64,000 nt of DNA from Eledone cirrhosa (Eukaryota): positions 16,058,001 to 16,122,000 of the forward strand of contig OZ024749.1 of the NCBI GenBank assembly GCA_964016885.1, in the 5' to 3' direction. This document shows, in pieces, positions 30,484-45,734 of the stretch. The translations under genes and the position numbers were made by a program. Every line of letters begins with the position of its first letter. Within the stretch, counting starts at the first letter, position 1. The notes under the pieces were generated by a model, which saw nothing but the letters and a program-made list of their open reading frames with translations, was not told the origin of the DNA and did not search any database.

Positions 30484-30734
30484 ATATATTATATATATAT
30501 ATATGCATACATATTATATATATATGCGTATATTATATGTGTTGAGAGTTTGAAGTTATTGCATAATATTTAAATCTTCCATCCATCAAACACACACACA
30601 TATATCTATATGTTTGTATGTGTTTGTATATATATATATATATATATATTGAGTATATATTGGTTGTTTACCGACACCCCAGTATGTAGATTGGAGCACT
30701 CGACGAAGTACGCAGGTTGGTTTGTTTACTCCCG

Positions 30735-30950
30735 TTTATTATAAATTAAAAATTACTGCTATATTTATTTCGGTGACAGCCATCATTGGCTGTGACTTCT
30801 TCAGGCAGTCCGAATTGGTGTAGAAAAGACAGGTACACATGTGTACCTGTCTTTTCCAGACCAATTCAGACTGCCTGAAGAGGCCACAGCCAATGATGGC
30901 TGTCACCGAAATAAATATACCAGTATATCTATAATTTATGATAAACGAAG
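30735..30950. mobile_element. Spacer-less palindromic insertion with hammerheads at 30755-30809 (-) and 30870-30924 (+)
   Basis: Centre acacat|gtgt at ~30840. Motif: actgc CTGAAGA ggccacagccaatgatggctgtcacc GAAA taaata TA (g/c)cagt. Related to the 7339 ribozyme. Confidence 0.82.
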
Positions 30951-31356
30951 CCAAATTTTACATATTTGACTTAATTATTTTATATATATATATATGCAGA
31001 GGTTATATTTAATTTGTTGGGATTCAACAAGCTTAAAAATATTATAACTGATATAAAGCACTCAACGATGTAGTGGAGTAAATATTCAATATATTAATAA
31101 ATGGAAACTATATTTATAAACCCATAATTATTTTATTATATATATTTCAAGGGCAACCAAAATATATATATATATATATATATAAATATAATTTCAGCGA
31201 GATCGAATTCCGGCAGTGGTCGAAAATAAAGCGAAACTCAATATCCGTGTTATGCTCGCAAGCGCTCCATGGAATAAAAAAAGACCAGAGCAATAAACAT
31301 AGGTTATAGAGGCCAAACAAACTGAGATGGCGGTCAAGAAGCCATCAACAACCTAA

Positions 31357-31417
<61 letters not shown>

Positions 31418-31469
31418 TTTATGAAGTCGCTCGTCAGTGTAAAGTCACGAACAGAAGCTTCGGGTACTC

Positions 31470-31506
<37 letters not shown>

Positions 31507-32389
31507 GTATATGTGTTTGTGTGTGCGTGTGTGTGTGTGTGTGTGTATGTGTGTACGCCTCTGTAGGTACATATCTGTATGTGTAGTAAAGAGAAAGTAA
31601 GATTGTACGTGTCTATGTGTATATAAAAATTAAAACTGTGAAATTTAACATATAGTATATAGAAGTCAATGATTGTGACGTCTGCCTGATCCCACAATAT
31701 AGAGGGAATTGCAGCAATGTCTACTTTATATCTCACCATACCATCTCTATAGCACACTATACTTTCACGCTCGACCATATATACAACCATTGTTCATTAA
31801 ATTACAGGTATATATATATATATCAACCTAGGAGACTCCGCACTGTTTCTATCTAAACAAGTTCACTTACAATAGATAGTCAATCATTATATTTACATAT
31901 ACACTAGCAGAAAATCCACCCTCGGGTAGTTTTCTGCTAGCATGTGTAGTGTGAATATTGATATTATACGCAAGTATATATACATGTAGATATGATACAT
32001 CAAATAACATCGCAATTGACAACATACACAGAAATTGAACGAAGACTGCGTTACCCTGTCTTATTTAAACAGTAACGTAAACCATGATACATTAAAAAAA
32101 GACGATATTATATATAAACTACATTAGGAGAAAATTAGTGACGGAAATATATGAACGTTTATTAAAGCGATCGCTAACCGGAAATGTTGACATTTGAAAA
32201 TTTTAAAGAAGTGAATCTTTAAATAAACAATAAAATATATTTAATCAACAGCTACGAAATTTAGTAGATAAATTATGAAATATTCATTTATTATTTATTC
32301 AAAGTAATCCAACTTATTTTACTAATGGGATAAAAATTATAAACCCTACGCAGTCCCGCACTCCTTACTTTATTATAGTTTAGATATAG

Positions 32390-32424
<35 letters not shown>

Positions 32425-32437
32425 GGTGGGTGTGTGT

Positions 32438-32475
<38 letters not shown>

Positions 32476-32597
32476 TGAAAGACAAGGTGGTGTATGGTTA
32501 TTATTAACTAGTGTTTAGAAAATAAAGACAACACAAACATAGACATAGACAGTTCCCCTCATCAGTTGTCTCCTGTGGGTTTCAGACGTTTCGGTGC

Positions 32598-32634
<37 letters not shown>

Positions 32635-32727
32635 CGTTTCTGAATTTGTTTAGCAAGATTCTTTATCTGAAAACGTGTGTTGAAACCGATATGACCCTCC
32701 CAAAGAATAACAATATATATATATATG

Positions 32728-32801
<74 letters not shown>

Positions 32802-32802
<1 letters not shown>

Positions 32803-33033
32803 GGAGATTTAATCCCAATATTTCGGGCTCACGCCCATCAACGGGGGGGAAAGTTCCAAAAGGGGGGAACAGGCTAAGCGGAGAAAGTTGTGATGTCGTT
32901 AAAACTAACGACATCACAACTTTCTCCGCTTAGCCTGTTCCCCCCCCCTTTTGGAACTTTCCCTCCCGTTGATGGGCGTGAGCCCGAAATATTGGGATTA
33001 AATCTCCACTACGGTAACCCTTCTACCTTTGAT
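32802..33033. mobile_element. Hairpin-type insertion with a variant hammerhead-like motif in each arm
   Basis: Arms at 32802-32900 and 32907-33008. Motif ctc CCGTTGA tgggcgtgagccc GAAA ta TT ggg at ~32963-32997. Confidence 0.7.
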
Positions 33034-33093
33034 ATGTATATATATATATATGTATATATATATGTATATATATATGTATATATATATACATAC

Positions 33094-33124
<31 letters not shown>

Positions 33125-33944
33125 CAATGCAACGGGAGGAATCTATAGCACCACTGACGATGTTGCAGATGTGCAACGAGAGAACTTTGATAAACTATAT
33201 ATATGTGTTTGTGTCTATATTGTATCTGTATTATTTTTGACCGTTGGTCAGTCAATGGCAACATTGAGGACCGAATAAATTAGATTACCGATATAAAAGA
33301 CACAGAAGCAAGAAGCGAAAAGCGAAAACCAACCAAACAGTGAGTGTGTTCTGTTATTAATTCTGGCAATATTACACAAATATGACCCTCCCCAAGTATA
33401 ACAATATATATATATATACACATGTATATTACTATACATACACATACATAAGCTCTGGTACATCTGCAGTACACATGTAGTTCCTCAAATCTCCAAACAT
33501 TTCGCGTGTTCATTCAATTGCTTTCCAAAATATTTAAATTGATTAAAACAAAAAGAAAGGAATATATATAAAACACCATAAGAAACAAAAGAAAAACCTT
33601 TAAGTAAACACGCAAATATTTCTTGTTCAAAATATACGTTAGCAAATTTACTAATTAATGCTGACAATTACCGAATTAATTAGTTTAATTAAATTTAGTT
33701 TTATGAAGTTTAAGTTGACAATTAATTAATGCAAGCCACAAATATTTCGTGCAAAAATTTTCCTGGTTATTAATTGCATAGCTGCTTGTTTGTTTGTTTG
33801 GTTCGGTTAGATTCGGTTTTGGAGAAGGTGTAGGTACGATTAGGGGGAAGTTAGGGAGGGAGAGAGAAGCTGTAGGTACGATGAGGGGGAAGGATGGGGG
33901 AGATGTTTTGTATTATTATAATATATTTAGTTGTTATTCCGTGT

Positions 33945-34027
33945 TATATATATATTTATATATATATTTATATATAGATATATTTTATATATATATATAT
34001 ATACATATATATATTTATATATATATT

Positions 34028-34059
<32 letters not shown>

Positions 34060-34064
34060 CATTT

Positions 34065-34099
<35 letters not shown>

Positions 34100-34132
34100 A
34101 TTTATATATATATATATTTATATATATATATA

Positions 34133-34181
<49 letters not shown>

Positions 34182-34227
34182 ATATATATATATTTATATA
34201 TATATATATTTATATATATATATATTT

Positions 34228-34264
<37 letters not shown>

Positions 34265-34337
34265 ATTTTATATATATATATATATATTTTATATATATTT
34301 ATATATATATATATTTTATATATATATATATATATTT

Positions 34338-34372
<35 letters not shown>

Positions 34373-34495
34373 ATTTTATATATATATATATTTATATATA
34401 TATATATATTATATATATATATATATATTATATATATATATATTTATATATATATATATATTTTTATATATATATATATATTTTTTATATATATA

Positions 34496-34533
<38 letters not shown>

Positions 34534-34546
34534 ATATATATATATT

Positions 34547-34603
<57 letters not shown>

Positions 34604-34654
34604 ATTTATATATATATATATTTATATATATATATATTTATATATATATATATT

Positions 34655-34689
<35 letters not shown>

Positions 34690-34718
34690 TTATATTTATA
34701 TATATTTATATATATATA

Positions 34719-34764
<46 letters not shown>

Positions 34765-34789
34765 CATGTACATATATGTATCTATGTAC

Positions 34790-34825
<36 letters not shown>

Positions 34826-34863
34826 ATATATATATATATATACATACACGTATATATATATAT

Positions 34864-34924
<61 letters not shown>

Positions 34925-34936
34925 CACGTATATATA

Positions 34937-34980
<44 letters not shown>

Positions 34981-35000
34981 CACGTATATATATATATAAA
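33945..35000. repeat. Long interrupted (TA)n tract
   Basis: Direct reading. Confidence 0.95.
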
Positions 35001-35168
35001 CACATATATGTGTGTGTGTGTCTGTGTGTATGTATGAATGTATGTATGTATATTTTCGTTTATTGGTATTTATTTCTATTGTCAACATCATCATCATCAT
35101 CATCATCGCCGCCACCATCATCATCATCATCGAGTTTGTTGATTAAGTGCGTGTATATAATCATGATT

Positions 35169-35203
<35 letters not shown>

Positions 35204-35455
35204 TAAACATATAACTACATATGTTTATGTTTGTATATATGTTTAGGTTTATCCCATTATATGCGCATCTGGAAATAATTTAATTTAATTAATTCCAAAT
35301 ATATATGTGTGTGTGTGTGAATTCATACATCTATGTATCCGTGTGTGTGTATGTGTGTGAGTGCGTGTGTGTGTAATTTCATACATCTATATATATATAT
35401 GTGTGTGTGTGTGTAAGAGAGGGTTATAAATAGTAAATGATCTCTTCAAAACACA

Positions 35456-35504
35456 TGATTCTGAAGAGCCACCAACGTCGGTGAAACCTTTCCCTAGATA
35501 GTCA
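35456..35504 (+). ncRNA. Hammerhead ribozyme, partly decayed
   Basis: tgatt CTGAAGA gccaccaacgtcggt GAAA cctttccctaga TA gtca. Confidence 0.5.
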
Positions 35505-35646
35505 CTATTAATTATATTTTATTTCTAAACAACTTGTCTATACTTTACATCAAACAAAACATTCTCTTAAATTACAAATTTTATACACACCACTTAAACC
35601 TTACATGCCTTATACACGCAAACACATATATACATACATACATATA

Positions 35647-35711
<65 letters not shown>

Positions 35712-36196
35712 TATATATATCATATATATATATATATTGTTATACTTTGGGAGGGTCATGTTGCCAATAAGAAACACACGCACCAGTTGCTTTCACTTCA
35801 ATTTATTATATATTTATACATTTATAAATTTACAAATCTACAAATTTATAAATTTCTGGTTGGTTGGTTGGTTCCACAACCAGATAGTTGTTTATATATA
35901 GTCATAGTCCTTTCGTCACACACTCTGTGACCTCTTCAGTGACTGGGGATTCCTTTCTTTGTTTCTGTGCCTTTCCTTTCTTCTGTCCTACGCCATTTTG
36001 TTTCTGTGTGTGTGTTGCGTGCTCAGTTTGCGCATGCGCCACATCCGGGTGTCTGTGTGTGTTTGTGTTCATTTATCTATTTGTTTATTTCTAAAGAAAC
36101 ACGATATGTTTACAGGAAACCTTTGGGGAGCCGTAGCTATGCAAACACCGGGGCTAACGCCCTCTGGTGGTGTCCAGCAGAAGCAAGGGGGACAAC

Positions 36197-36236
36197 CCTC
36201 TATGCATTTCAGACTTGACTGGTCTTCATCAGGAAG
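36197..36236 (-). ncRNA. Minimal type I hammerhead ribozyme
   Basis: Minus strand: cttc CTGATGA agaccagtcaagtct GAAA tgca TA gagg. Confidence 0.82.
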
Positions 36237-36247
36237 TCATAGACGTT

Positions 36248-36328
<81 letters not shown>

Positions 36329-36477
36329 AGGGCGTGTAACTTGGCCGCCGATTATTGAGTCGGGTAGGATCGATACAGATCGAACCTTGAGCTGATCAGT
36401 AGCGAAACGCGCGTCACCTATCAATAAATGCAATGAAGGAGTAATCAATCGTCCTTGTTATCCTTTCTATCTATCTA

Positions 36478-36525
<48 letters not shown>

Positions 36526-36783
36526 GTTGGGCTTTGTTTCGTTCTCCTCCTTTCACTTTTAATTGCATCATATTGGTTTGTAGCAAATTTTATTCATTTA
36601 TAAATAGTCGAAAGACCAACCACCATGTCTTGTGTCCATATGTTACTGTCCCACGTGCAATGGAGCTAGTGGAATCGACCATCAAGACCCGAAACATTGA
36701 GGAAGCGCAGCAGTCGACAGATTGGAAGAGACAGCTCTGTGTTTCATCCATCTTGTTTTTATTCATTTTGTATGATCTTTGCT

Positions 36784-36816
<33 letters not shown>

Positions 36817-37115
36817 CACATACACACACACATATATATATATATACACATACACACACATATATATCTATATACACATACACACACATATATATCTATA
36901 TATTAGGGAGAGCAAGAATGATGCTTTTCTGTAGAACAAAAAGAGACCACTTAGATAATGTACTAAATACGTTAAGCCGACATGCTAATTTATTTCATAT
37001 AAAAATTATTTTTACAGGACAAGAACTGTTTCATTCAATTGAAATCATTAGGATGATTAAATCTGAATAAAAGACCCCTCGGTATGTAGATATATCTAAA
37101 GCAATATATATATAC

Positions 37116-37160
<45 letters not shown>

Positions 37161-38030
37161 GGAGAGTTTGTGTTTGTGTATGTATATGCATATATATATA
37201 TATGTGTGTGTGTGTATGTGTGTGTGTGTATGCATATATGAGTGTATGTGTATATGTATGTATGCATGTATATTTAAATGCAGGTATCATTTGTCTTTGT
37301 TTTGAGGTGGGGTTACATCGTACTGAGACAACGGTCATTAACAGCTCTATCTACATACTTAAGAGGTTAGCAACCCAAAAGGTTTTAAGGCTGTTGTTTC
37401 AAGAAGTATTCATTAAGTAAGAAGGAAGACCTATGATTAATGACTTGGTAGAGAGAGGGGGGGTAGAGAGAGAGTGATAGGGGTAGAGAGAGAGATAGAG
37501 ATAGAGGGAGATAGAGGGAGAGAGAGGGGGAGATGTTATAGAAACTATTGTTACAATAATATGAAAACACATTTGACATTATAACAGGACAACGGGGTGT
37601 TGGGGAACGAACGAGAAAATTCGTCGTAGAAAATAAAACACCTCGATTATATATATGTGTGTGTATGTCTGTGTTTATATATATATATATAACAAAGGAT
37701 TGTGGTAAGGAACCAGATGGACCATAACGCACCAGAGTACTCAATACTTAGGGTAGTAGAGTGGGAAATAGGAAAAAGTATGACCCCGACGGTACAGCTC
37801 AAGCCGTTTCGACGGCTATTTCTGGAGTGAGATATACAAACCAAGAATACTGGATTAGCTGGTCGAGACTGTCAGGGACAAACGCCTACAGAAATGGAAT
37901 GTCCCACTTAACAGCAAAATAGAACGGTCAATTTTCAGCCACTAAATTCGCTAATTTTAAACCAACTTCATTCGACCCAACAATTCCATAATTCAAACTG
38001 TACAACCTGAGTCTATTATAATAACCCATT

Positions 38031-38215
38031 GGTGGATTGGCAGAATTGGTAGAGAGTTGGACATGCTTTCCAGCAGAGTTACGTCTCTTTACGATCTGAG
38101 TTCAAATCCCGCCAAGGTTAACTTTGCCTTTCATCCTTACGAGGTCGATAAAATAAAGTACCAGTAATGTACTGTATAATTGCTGGCCTTGTACCGAAAG
38201 TAGAAACAATTATTA
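38031..38215 (+). mobile_element. SINE copy
   Basis: A-box-like ggtggattggcagaattggtaga, B-box gagttcaaatcc, conserved domain and tail. Confidence 0.88.
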
Positions 38216-38680
38216 ACTGTCAATAAATCAACTAATCACTGAATCAACATCATAACCTCCTAACTCTTCTTTTTTTCACTCTCTTTCCCTAAATCTATTT
38301 CACCTCTTACATTATATCCTATCGTATTCTCTTCACTTCTAACATAACTTCCAATTTATTAATTTAACCAATACATATATGTATATATTTAGTATTTTCA
38401 TGTTTATACCATCACATCTTTATATTTTAACCACCACTACCACAACTATTTTCAACAATCATATTATGTTCACCTTTCTTCGTACATATCATCCTTTTTA
38501 TCATCCTCATTCTAACTTATTTATTATTATTTATTTATTATTTTTGCTTTATCTTTTGTCTCTTTTCTTTTTTCTTCTTTCTTTTTCTCTCTCTTTCTTT
38601 TTTAATATTTTTTTTCTTTATTATTGATGTTGTGATTTGAATTTTCCTAGTATATTACAAACGCCGTGTATAATTGTAAT

Positions 38681-38793
38681 CAGTTTTTCTGATGATTTGA
38701 TTAAGCATACATTGTATTCAAAATTGAGTGACACAACTTCAAGTGATTAGCAATTTTTAGACAACTTAATCAATGAAACAATTGTTAATACTG
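38681..38793 (+). ncRNA. Type I hammerhead ribozyme with long helix II
   Basis: cagttttt CTGATGA tttgattaag...cttaatcaat GAAA caattg TT aatactg. Confidence 0.8.
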
Positions 38794-39009
38794 TAAATAA
38801 AACTCTTTTTGTACTGTTGACCATGTTATTCTTCACTCTTTCACTATTATTACTCCAAGATTAACCTGCATAGGAATTCCCGAGAACTCGCAAACTCGCT
38901 ACCTAAAGAAACCTCTTGTTGAGTCAAACAACGCCGTACGCTAAAACTATCCACAATACGGAGTATTCAAAACCTCTAACTGGATTACCTATAACGATAT
39001 TTTGTTATC

Positions 39010-39071
<62 letters not shown>

Positions 39072-39320
39072 ATACATATACATATATATGTATAAGAATA
39101 TATTATATTTTTCATTAAAGAAATCTACGTCGTGTGAGAGGACGTGTGAATCATAACAATAAGAAAACCAAGCTTTTTCAACCATTCATATTGGTTGTTG
39201 TCCATTGTGTTCGCTTCCATATTGAAATAGATCAAAGCAGAGCTTTTCAATTTTGAAGGTAACATAGTTGAAAATATCAATGAATTTCACTACTTAGTAG
39301 ATCAATCACACGCACACACA

Positions 39321-39402
<82 letters not shown>

Positions 39403-39419
39403 TACACGCACACACATAT

Positions 39420-39460
<41 letters not shown>

Positions 39461-39653
39461 AATATATATGTGTGTGTGTGTGTATATATATAGTTGTATC
39501 TCTAAAGGGTGTATCAAAAAATGTATACGATTTACATACACTCACTCGCTCTCTTCCTCTCTCCTTCTCTCTATCTCTCTCTCTCTCATATACACACATC
39601 TATGAATATGTATATATACATATAAACATATATATGTGTGTGTATGTGTGTGA

Positions 39654-39695
<42 letters not shown>

Positions 39696-39879
39696 CTATG
39701 CAGGATGTTTCAAAATAATTATACGATTTACATACACACATACACATACACACACACACACATATATATGTGTGTGTGTGTATGTGTGTGTGTGTGTCTG
39801 TAGCAATATCCGTAGTCCATGAAACATTGGGTGCGCTTTTGTTTTGTTCATGAACATAAATTATTTCTACATCAACTTA

Positions 39880-40035
39880 TCCAGTACATTACTGGTACTT
39901 TATTTTATTGACCCCGTAAGGATGAAAGGCAAAGTTAACCTCGGCGGGATTTGAACTCAGACCTTAAAGGGACGTAACTATGCTGGAAAGCATGGCGTCC
40001 GACCCTATACCAATACTGCCCATCCACCGCCGAAA
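39880..40035 (-). mobile_element. SINE copy
   Basis: Reverse complement of the 38031 family. Confidence 0.85.
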
Positions 40036-40348
40036 TAATGTAATATAATATATATATATATTTATACATAAATATGTATATGTATATATGTATATATGTA
40101 TGTATACATCCATACTGAAATAGGCTCCAGGTCATCAACCTATGATTCCATTTTCTATATATACCAATCAATAATTATATACCTATCATAACACATATAT
40201 ACACATCAAAATATATCTATCTATCAACACATACATACCTATCATTATATATATAAACCTATTATTATATATACCTATCAATATATATATATACCTGCCA
40301 ATATATATACACATCAATATATATACATATCAATATATATACATATCG

Positions 40349-40384
<36 letters not shown>

Positions 40385-40386
40385 CG

Positions 40387-40428
<42 letters not shown>

Positions 40429-40534
40429 ATACATATACCTATTAATATACATATATACCTATCAATATATATACACATCAATATATATATATATATACCT
40501 ATCAATATATATACCTATCAATATATATACACAT

Positions 40535-40580
<46 letters not shown>

Positions 40581-40742
40581 ATCAATATATATACACATCG
40601 ATATATATACCTGTCAATATACATACATATCAATATATATACCTGTCAATATATATACCCATAGATATGTATATACCTATCAATATATATACACATCAAT
40701 ATGTATACACATTAATATATATACACATCAATATATATTGAT

Positions 40743-40925
40743 AGGCGGTGGATTGGCAGTATCGGTAGAGGATCGGATGCCATGCTTTGAAGCATAGAGT
40801 TACCTCCCTGTATGATCTGAGTTCAAATCCCGCCGAGGTTAACTTTGCCTTTCATCCTTCCGGGGTCGATAGAATAAAGTACCACTGGTTAATTGCTGGC
40901 CTTGTGCCAAATGTAGAAACAATTA
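40743..40925 (+). mobile_element. SINE copy within an atatacacatca-type satellite
   Basis: Full head, domain and tail motifs are present. Confidence 0.88.
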
Positions 40926-41217
40926 ATATATATACACATCAATATATATGCATATCAATATATATATATACCTGTCAATATATATACCCATCAATATATA
41001 TATACACATAGCAATATATATATATATACCTATCAATATATACTCATCAATATATATACATGTCAATATATATATATATATATACATGGAAAGTTATATT
41101 TAAAATTGTTGTGTTACAACTAGTAAATATTTATAACTGATATAAAAGCACTCGACAAATATTTGGAGTATATTTACAATATTAAATAAATGGAAACTAT
41201 ATTTATAAAACCATATT

Positions 41218-41283
41218 TATTTCATTATATATATTTCGGGGATATCATATTAACAATATGCTATGCCTTCCTCAGACAAAATA
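41218..41283 (-). ncRNA. Type I hammerhead ribozyme
   Basis: Reverse complement of 44931-44996. Confidence 0.8.
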
Positions 41284-42703
41284 CAATATAAACAGTTTTA
41301 TAGATAAATAGATTCGACATACCGTTATAACACCGACTTCCATTTGAAGAGGTTTAAGCTGGCAGTGAAAACATTTTACACAGAGAGAAAGAAAGAGAGA
41401 AAAAAGAAAGAAAGACAGAAAACGAAGAAAAGGAAGAAAAAGAAGAAATGCATGGAACAAAATAGAGAGATGGAAAGATAGATAAAGCGAAGAACTTCAT
41501 GTAAAGAAACAGAAAGAGATATATATATAGAGAGAGAGAGGAAATAGAGATAGATACATATATATATAGAAAATTAGGTAGTGGGAGGTCATTTTGAGTA
41601 AATGTATCAATGATACATTTATTTATTTATTTATTTATTTAGCTCAAGTATTAATGTAAGGGAGATATATAGAGAGAAAAATATAGAGAGAGGAAAAAAT
41701 AACGAGAGAAAAAAATTTAAAAATAGCCAGATATATTCGAGGCGTAAAAACCCTATGTTTTAATGTATTAGTATTTATAAAACTTACACTATATTGTAAA
41801 TATCAGTATTCCTGAATGAGACAAGTATCCATAGTGTGTGAAAATTAATTATCTTATGTTTAGTTTTAAAAAAAATTCATATGTTTATGTGACAGCTACA
41901 AACATCCATGTGAATCCACATGATTCACTCTGCAAACTCTAAGTTCACGGAAAACATTCTCAATGTGGTATAAAAATTTGAGCATACATATATGTGTATT
42001 ATTATTCCTGTCTTTACTCTACAAGATTATCTATCAAGCAGAAATAGAGAGCAGATTTCAATATACTAATAAAAATATATATCAGAAACAAAACTAAAAA
42101 AATAAAAAGATAACAATAATAATAATAAGTAAAAATAAGTAATAATAAAATAGAAAACTAAAAAAATATTACGAAAGAATATTACATAATAAAAATATTA
42201 CATATTAAAAATATTACGTATTAAAAAATATTACGTATTAAAAATTTACATATTAAAGATATTAAAAATAAAAATAAAAAATAAAAAATATTATAAAATA
42301 CTACAATAATAAAAAATAAAAATAAAAATAAACCACAAAGATCAACCCTTCAAAGTTAATTGACAATATATTGCCAAGTTCATTACAAGACAAAGCCAAA
42401 AATTATCTATCAAATCAGATCTAGCAAAGATCATTTCAAAAAGTTTATGATGTCCAAATTGGTCTACATATGTTCTTATATTTAATATAGAAGTTTATCT
42501 AGTGTAAGGTTTATTCAAAAAATTTGGAGCATCAGCTTTTAGGGTAGCTTAATTTTTCATGAGGAATGTTTAAATAAAAATAAAATAAAAATAAACAATA
42601 AAAAAAAGAATAAAAAGAAGGAATCAAAAATTTAGGAATCAAAAATTTATCGGCTAGTTTCCCATATAAATATAAATCAAACTAAATATACTACATTTTA
42701 AAT

Positions 42704-43512
42704 GCTGATAAGATTGTGTACATAGATAATGATAGACAAACTAAACAAAGTAACAACTTTTTTAATTACGGCAACAACATTAACAACTATAATAGAAAGC
42801 ATTACAATAATTCCAAAGGCCAAAAAAGAAATAGAACTAGGAACATAATTTGGTTTGCCCCCCCCCTTTCTCACTAAACATTAAAACCCACATCGCTAAA
42901 TTATTTTTCAAAGCTCTTGATAATCGCTTCCCTAGAACACATAGGTATCACTCAATTTTCAATAGGCATACAATTAAATTAACCTACTCATCCACCAAAA
43001 ATTTAGCACAAAATATTAATAGAATAAATAATAGGAACTTAAAACCTAGTGATAATAGCATAAATAATATACAAGTTAACAAATGTAACTGTAGAGATAG
43101 ATCTAAATGTCCGTTAAATAACAACTGCTTAGTTAAAAATATAGTATACAATTGTAATGTTAATACTGACTCTAATTCTTTTAACTACGTCGGTTCCACA
43201 TCGACGGAATTTAAACTTCGCTATAATAACCACAAGAATTCTTTCACAGATCCAAGTAAAAAATCTTCAACGGCACTATCAGGCGTACTCTGGCAACTTA
43301 AGCTAGATAACGTTAGATATTCGACGGCTTGGAATATAGTCTCAAGAGGGATTCCTTTTAATTCATCCTCTGAGACATGTGACCTCTGCGCAGAGGAGAT
43401 ATTCTTTATACTAAAATCTAAAAATTCTCTTAACCTACGGACAAATTTATTCAGTTGTTGCAAACATAGATTAAACTCAACGTTTAAATATAAATTTAAA
43501 TTTAAAATGTAG
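42704..43512 (+). pseudogene. PLE linker, Cys-rich Zn finger and GIY-YIG endonuclease, frameshifted at a poly-C run near 42860
   Basis: RTRNIIWF/PPFS...IFNRHTIKLTYS...CNCRDRSKCPLNNNC...IVYNCNV...YVGSTSTEFKLRYNNH...CDLCAEE...LNLR...CKH. The ORF track frame 42850-43512 covers most of it. Confidence 0.92.
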
Positions 43513-44930
43513 TATATTTAGTTTGATTTATATTTATATGGGAAACTAGCCGATAAATTTTTGATTCCTAAATTTTTGATTCCTTCTTTTTATTCTTTTT
43601 TTATTGTTTATTTTTATTTTATTTTTATTTAAACATTCCTCATGAAAAATTAAGCTACCCTAAAAGCTGATGCTCCAAATTTTTTGAATAAACCTTACAC
43701 TAGATAAACTTCTATATTAAATATAAGAACATATGTAGACCAATTTGGACATCATAAACTTTTTGAAATGATCTTTGCTAGATCTGATTTGATAGATAAT
43801 TTTTGGCTTTGTCTTGTAATGAACTTGGCAATATATTGTCAATTAACTTTGAAGGGTTGATCTTTGTGGTTTATTTTTATTTTTATTTTTTATTTTTTAT
43901 TATTGTAGTATTTTATAATATTTTTTATTTTTTATTTTTATTTTTAATATCTTTAATATGTAAATTTTTAATACGTAATATTTTTTAATACGTAATATTT
44001 TTAATATGTAATATTTTTATTATGTAATATTCTTTCGTAATATTTTTTTAGTTTTCTATTTTATTATTACTTATTTTTACTTATTATTATTATTGTTATC
44101 TTTTTAATTTTTTAGTTTTGTTTCTGATATATATTTTTATTAGTATATTGAAATCTGCTCTCTATTTCTGCTTGATAGATAATCTTGTAGAGTAAAGACA
44201 GGAATAATAATACACATATATGTATGCTCAAATTTTTATACCACATTGAGAATGTTTTCTGTGAACTTAGAGTTTGCAGAGTGAATCATGTGGATACGCA
44301 TGGATGTTTGTAGCTGTCACATAAACATATGAATTTTTTTTAAAACTAAACATAAGATAATTTATTTTCACACACTATGGATACTTGTCTCATTCAGGAA
44401 TACTGATATTTTCAATATAGTGTAAGTTTTATAAATACTAATACATTAAAACATAGGGTTTTTACGCCTCGAATATATCTGGCTATTTTTAAATTTTTTT
44501 CTCTCGCTATTTTTTCCTCTCTCTATATTTTTTCTCTATATATATATCTCCCTTACATTAATACTTGAGCTAAATAAATAAATAAATAAATAAATGTATC
44601 ATTGATACATTTACTCAAAATGACCTCCCACTACCTAATTTTCTATATATATATGTATCTATCTCTATTTCCTCTCTCTCTCTATATATATATATCTCTT
44701 TCTGTTTCTTTACATGAAGTTCTTCGCTTTATCTATCTTTCCATCTCTCTATTTTGTTCCATGCATTTCTTCTTTTTCTTCCTTTTCTTCGTTTTCTCTC
44801 TTTCTTTCTTTTTTCTCTCTTTCTTTCTCTCTGTGTAAAATTTTTTCACTGCCAGCTTAAACCTCTTCAAATGGAAGTCGGTGTTATAACGGTATGTCGA
44901 ATCTATTTATCTATAAAACTGTTTATATTG

Positions 44931-44996
44931 TATTTTGTCTGAGGAAGGCATAGCATATTGTTAATATGATATCCCCGAAATATATATAATGAAATA
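44931..44996 (+). ncRNA. Type I hammerhead ribozyme at PLE 3' end
   Basis: tattttgt CTGAGGA aggcatagcatattgttaatatgatatcccc GAAA tatata TA atgaaata. Confidence 0.8.
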
Positions 44997-45322
44997 AATA
45001 TGGTTTTATAAATATAGTTTCCATTTATTTAATATTGTATATATATATATATATATATATACATATCAATATATATACACATTTGGATGATGAAGCTGGT
45101 GAATTGAAGTATGTCTAGAGTTTTTGCAGAATTAAATTTCCAATCTGGCCTTCTGTTGTGGTTGTTATTGCCCCAACAACTGGATAACACATCGACGATG
45201 GACGATCTGCATAACGCCGAGTGCTTTAATTTTTACATCATCATTTAATAACCTGAATCACCAATCCCACCCATTGGTAAACAACAGAAAATAAATGGTA
45301 TATATGTCTGCGTGTGTGTGTG

Positions 45323-45600
45323 AAGGCACGTGGCTTTGTGGCAAAGAGTGATGGGTTTGCAATTGTGAGGTTATGAGTTCGAATTTCGGAACAGGTGCTC
45401 GATGTCCCTGAGCAAGACACTTTATTTGCCATTGCTCCAGTCTACGAGCTGCAGAAATGAATTGCGTAGTCACTGGTACCAAGCTATATCGGCCATTGCC
45501 TTTCCCTTGGATAACATCGTTGACGTGGAGAGGGGAGACTGGTATACACGTGTGACTGCTGCTCGTCCACAAACAGCATTGCCCGGGCCAAAGGGATTTT
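45323..45600 (+). mobile_element. Diverged CORE-type tRNA SINE
   Basis: Head ggcacgtggctttgtgg...gagttcgaatt followed by tgtccctgagcaagacacttta, which resembles the CORE domain. Confidence 0.6.
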
Positions 45601-45663
45601 ATCATTTATATATATATATATATATGCGTAGGTGCGTGTGAGAGAGAGACAGTGAGAGTGTGC

Positions 45664-45718
<55 letters not shown>

Positions 45719-45734
45719 ATGTACTTAATACGAA

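Larger units (their letters stand above)
41086..45039 (+). mobile_element. 5'-truncated Penelope-like element (Neptune-type) with ~1.53 kb inverted arms
   Basis: 41175-42703 is the near-identical reverse complement of 43500-45039. The unique centre encodes linker, Zn finger and GIY-YIG. There is a hammerhead in each arm, a tail at 41086-41174, and TA-rich flanks. Confidence 0.92.
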
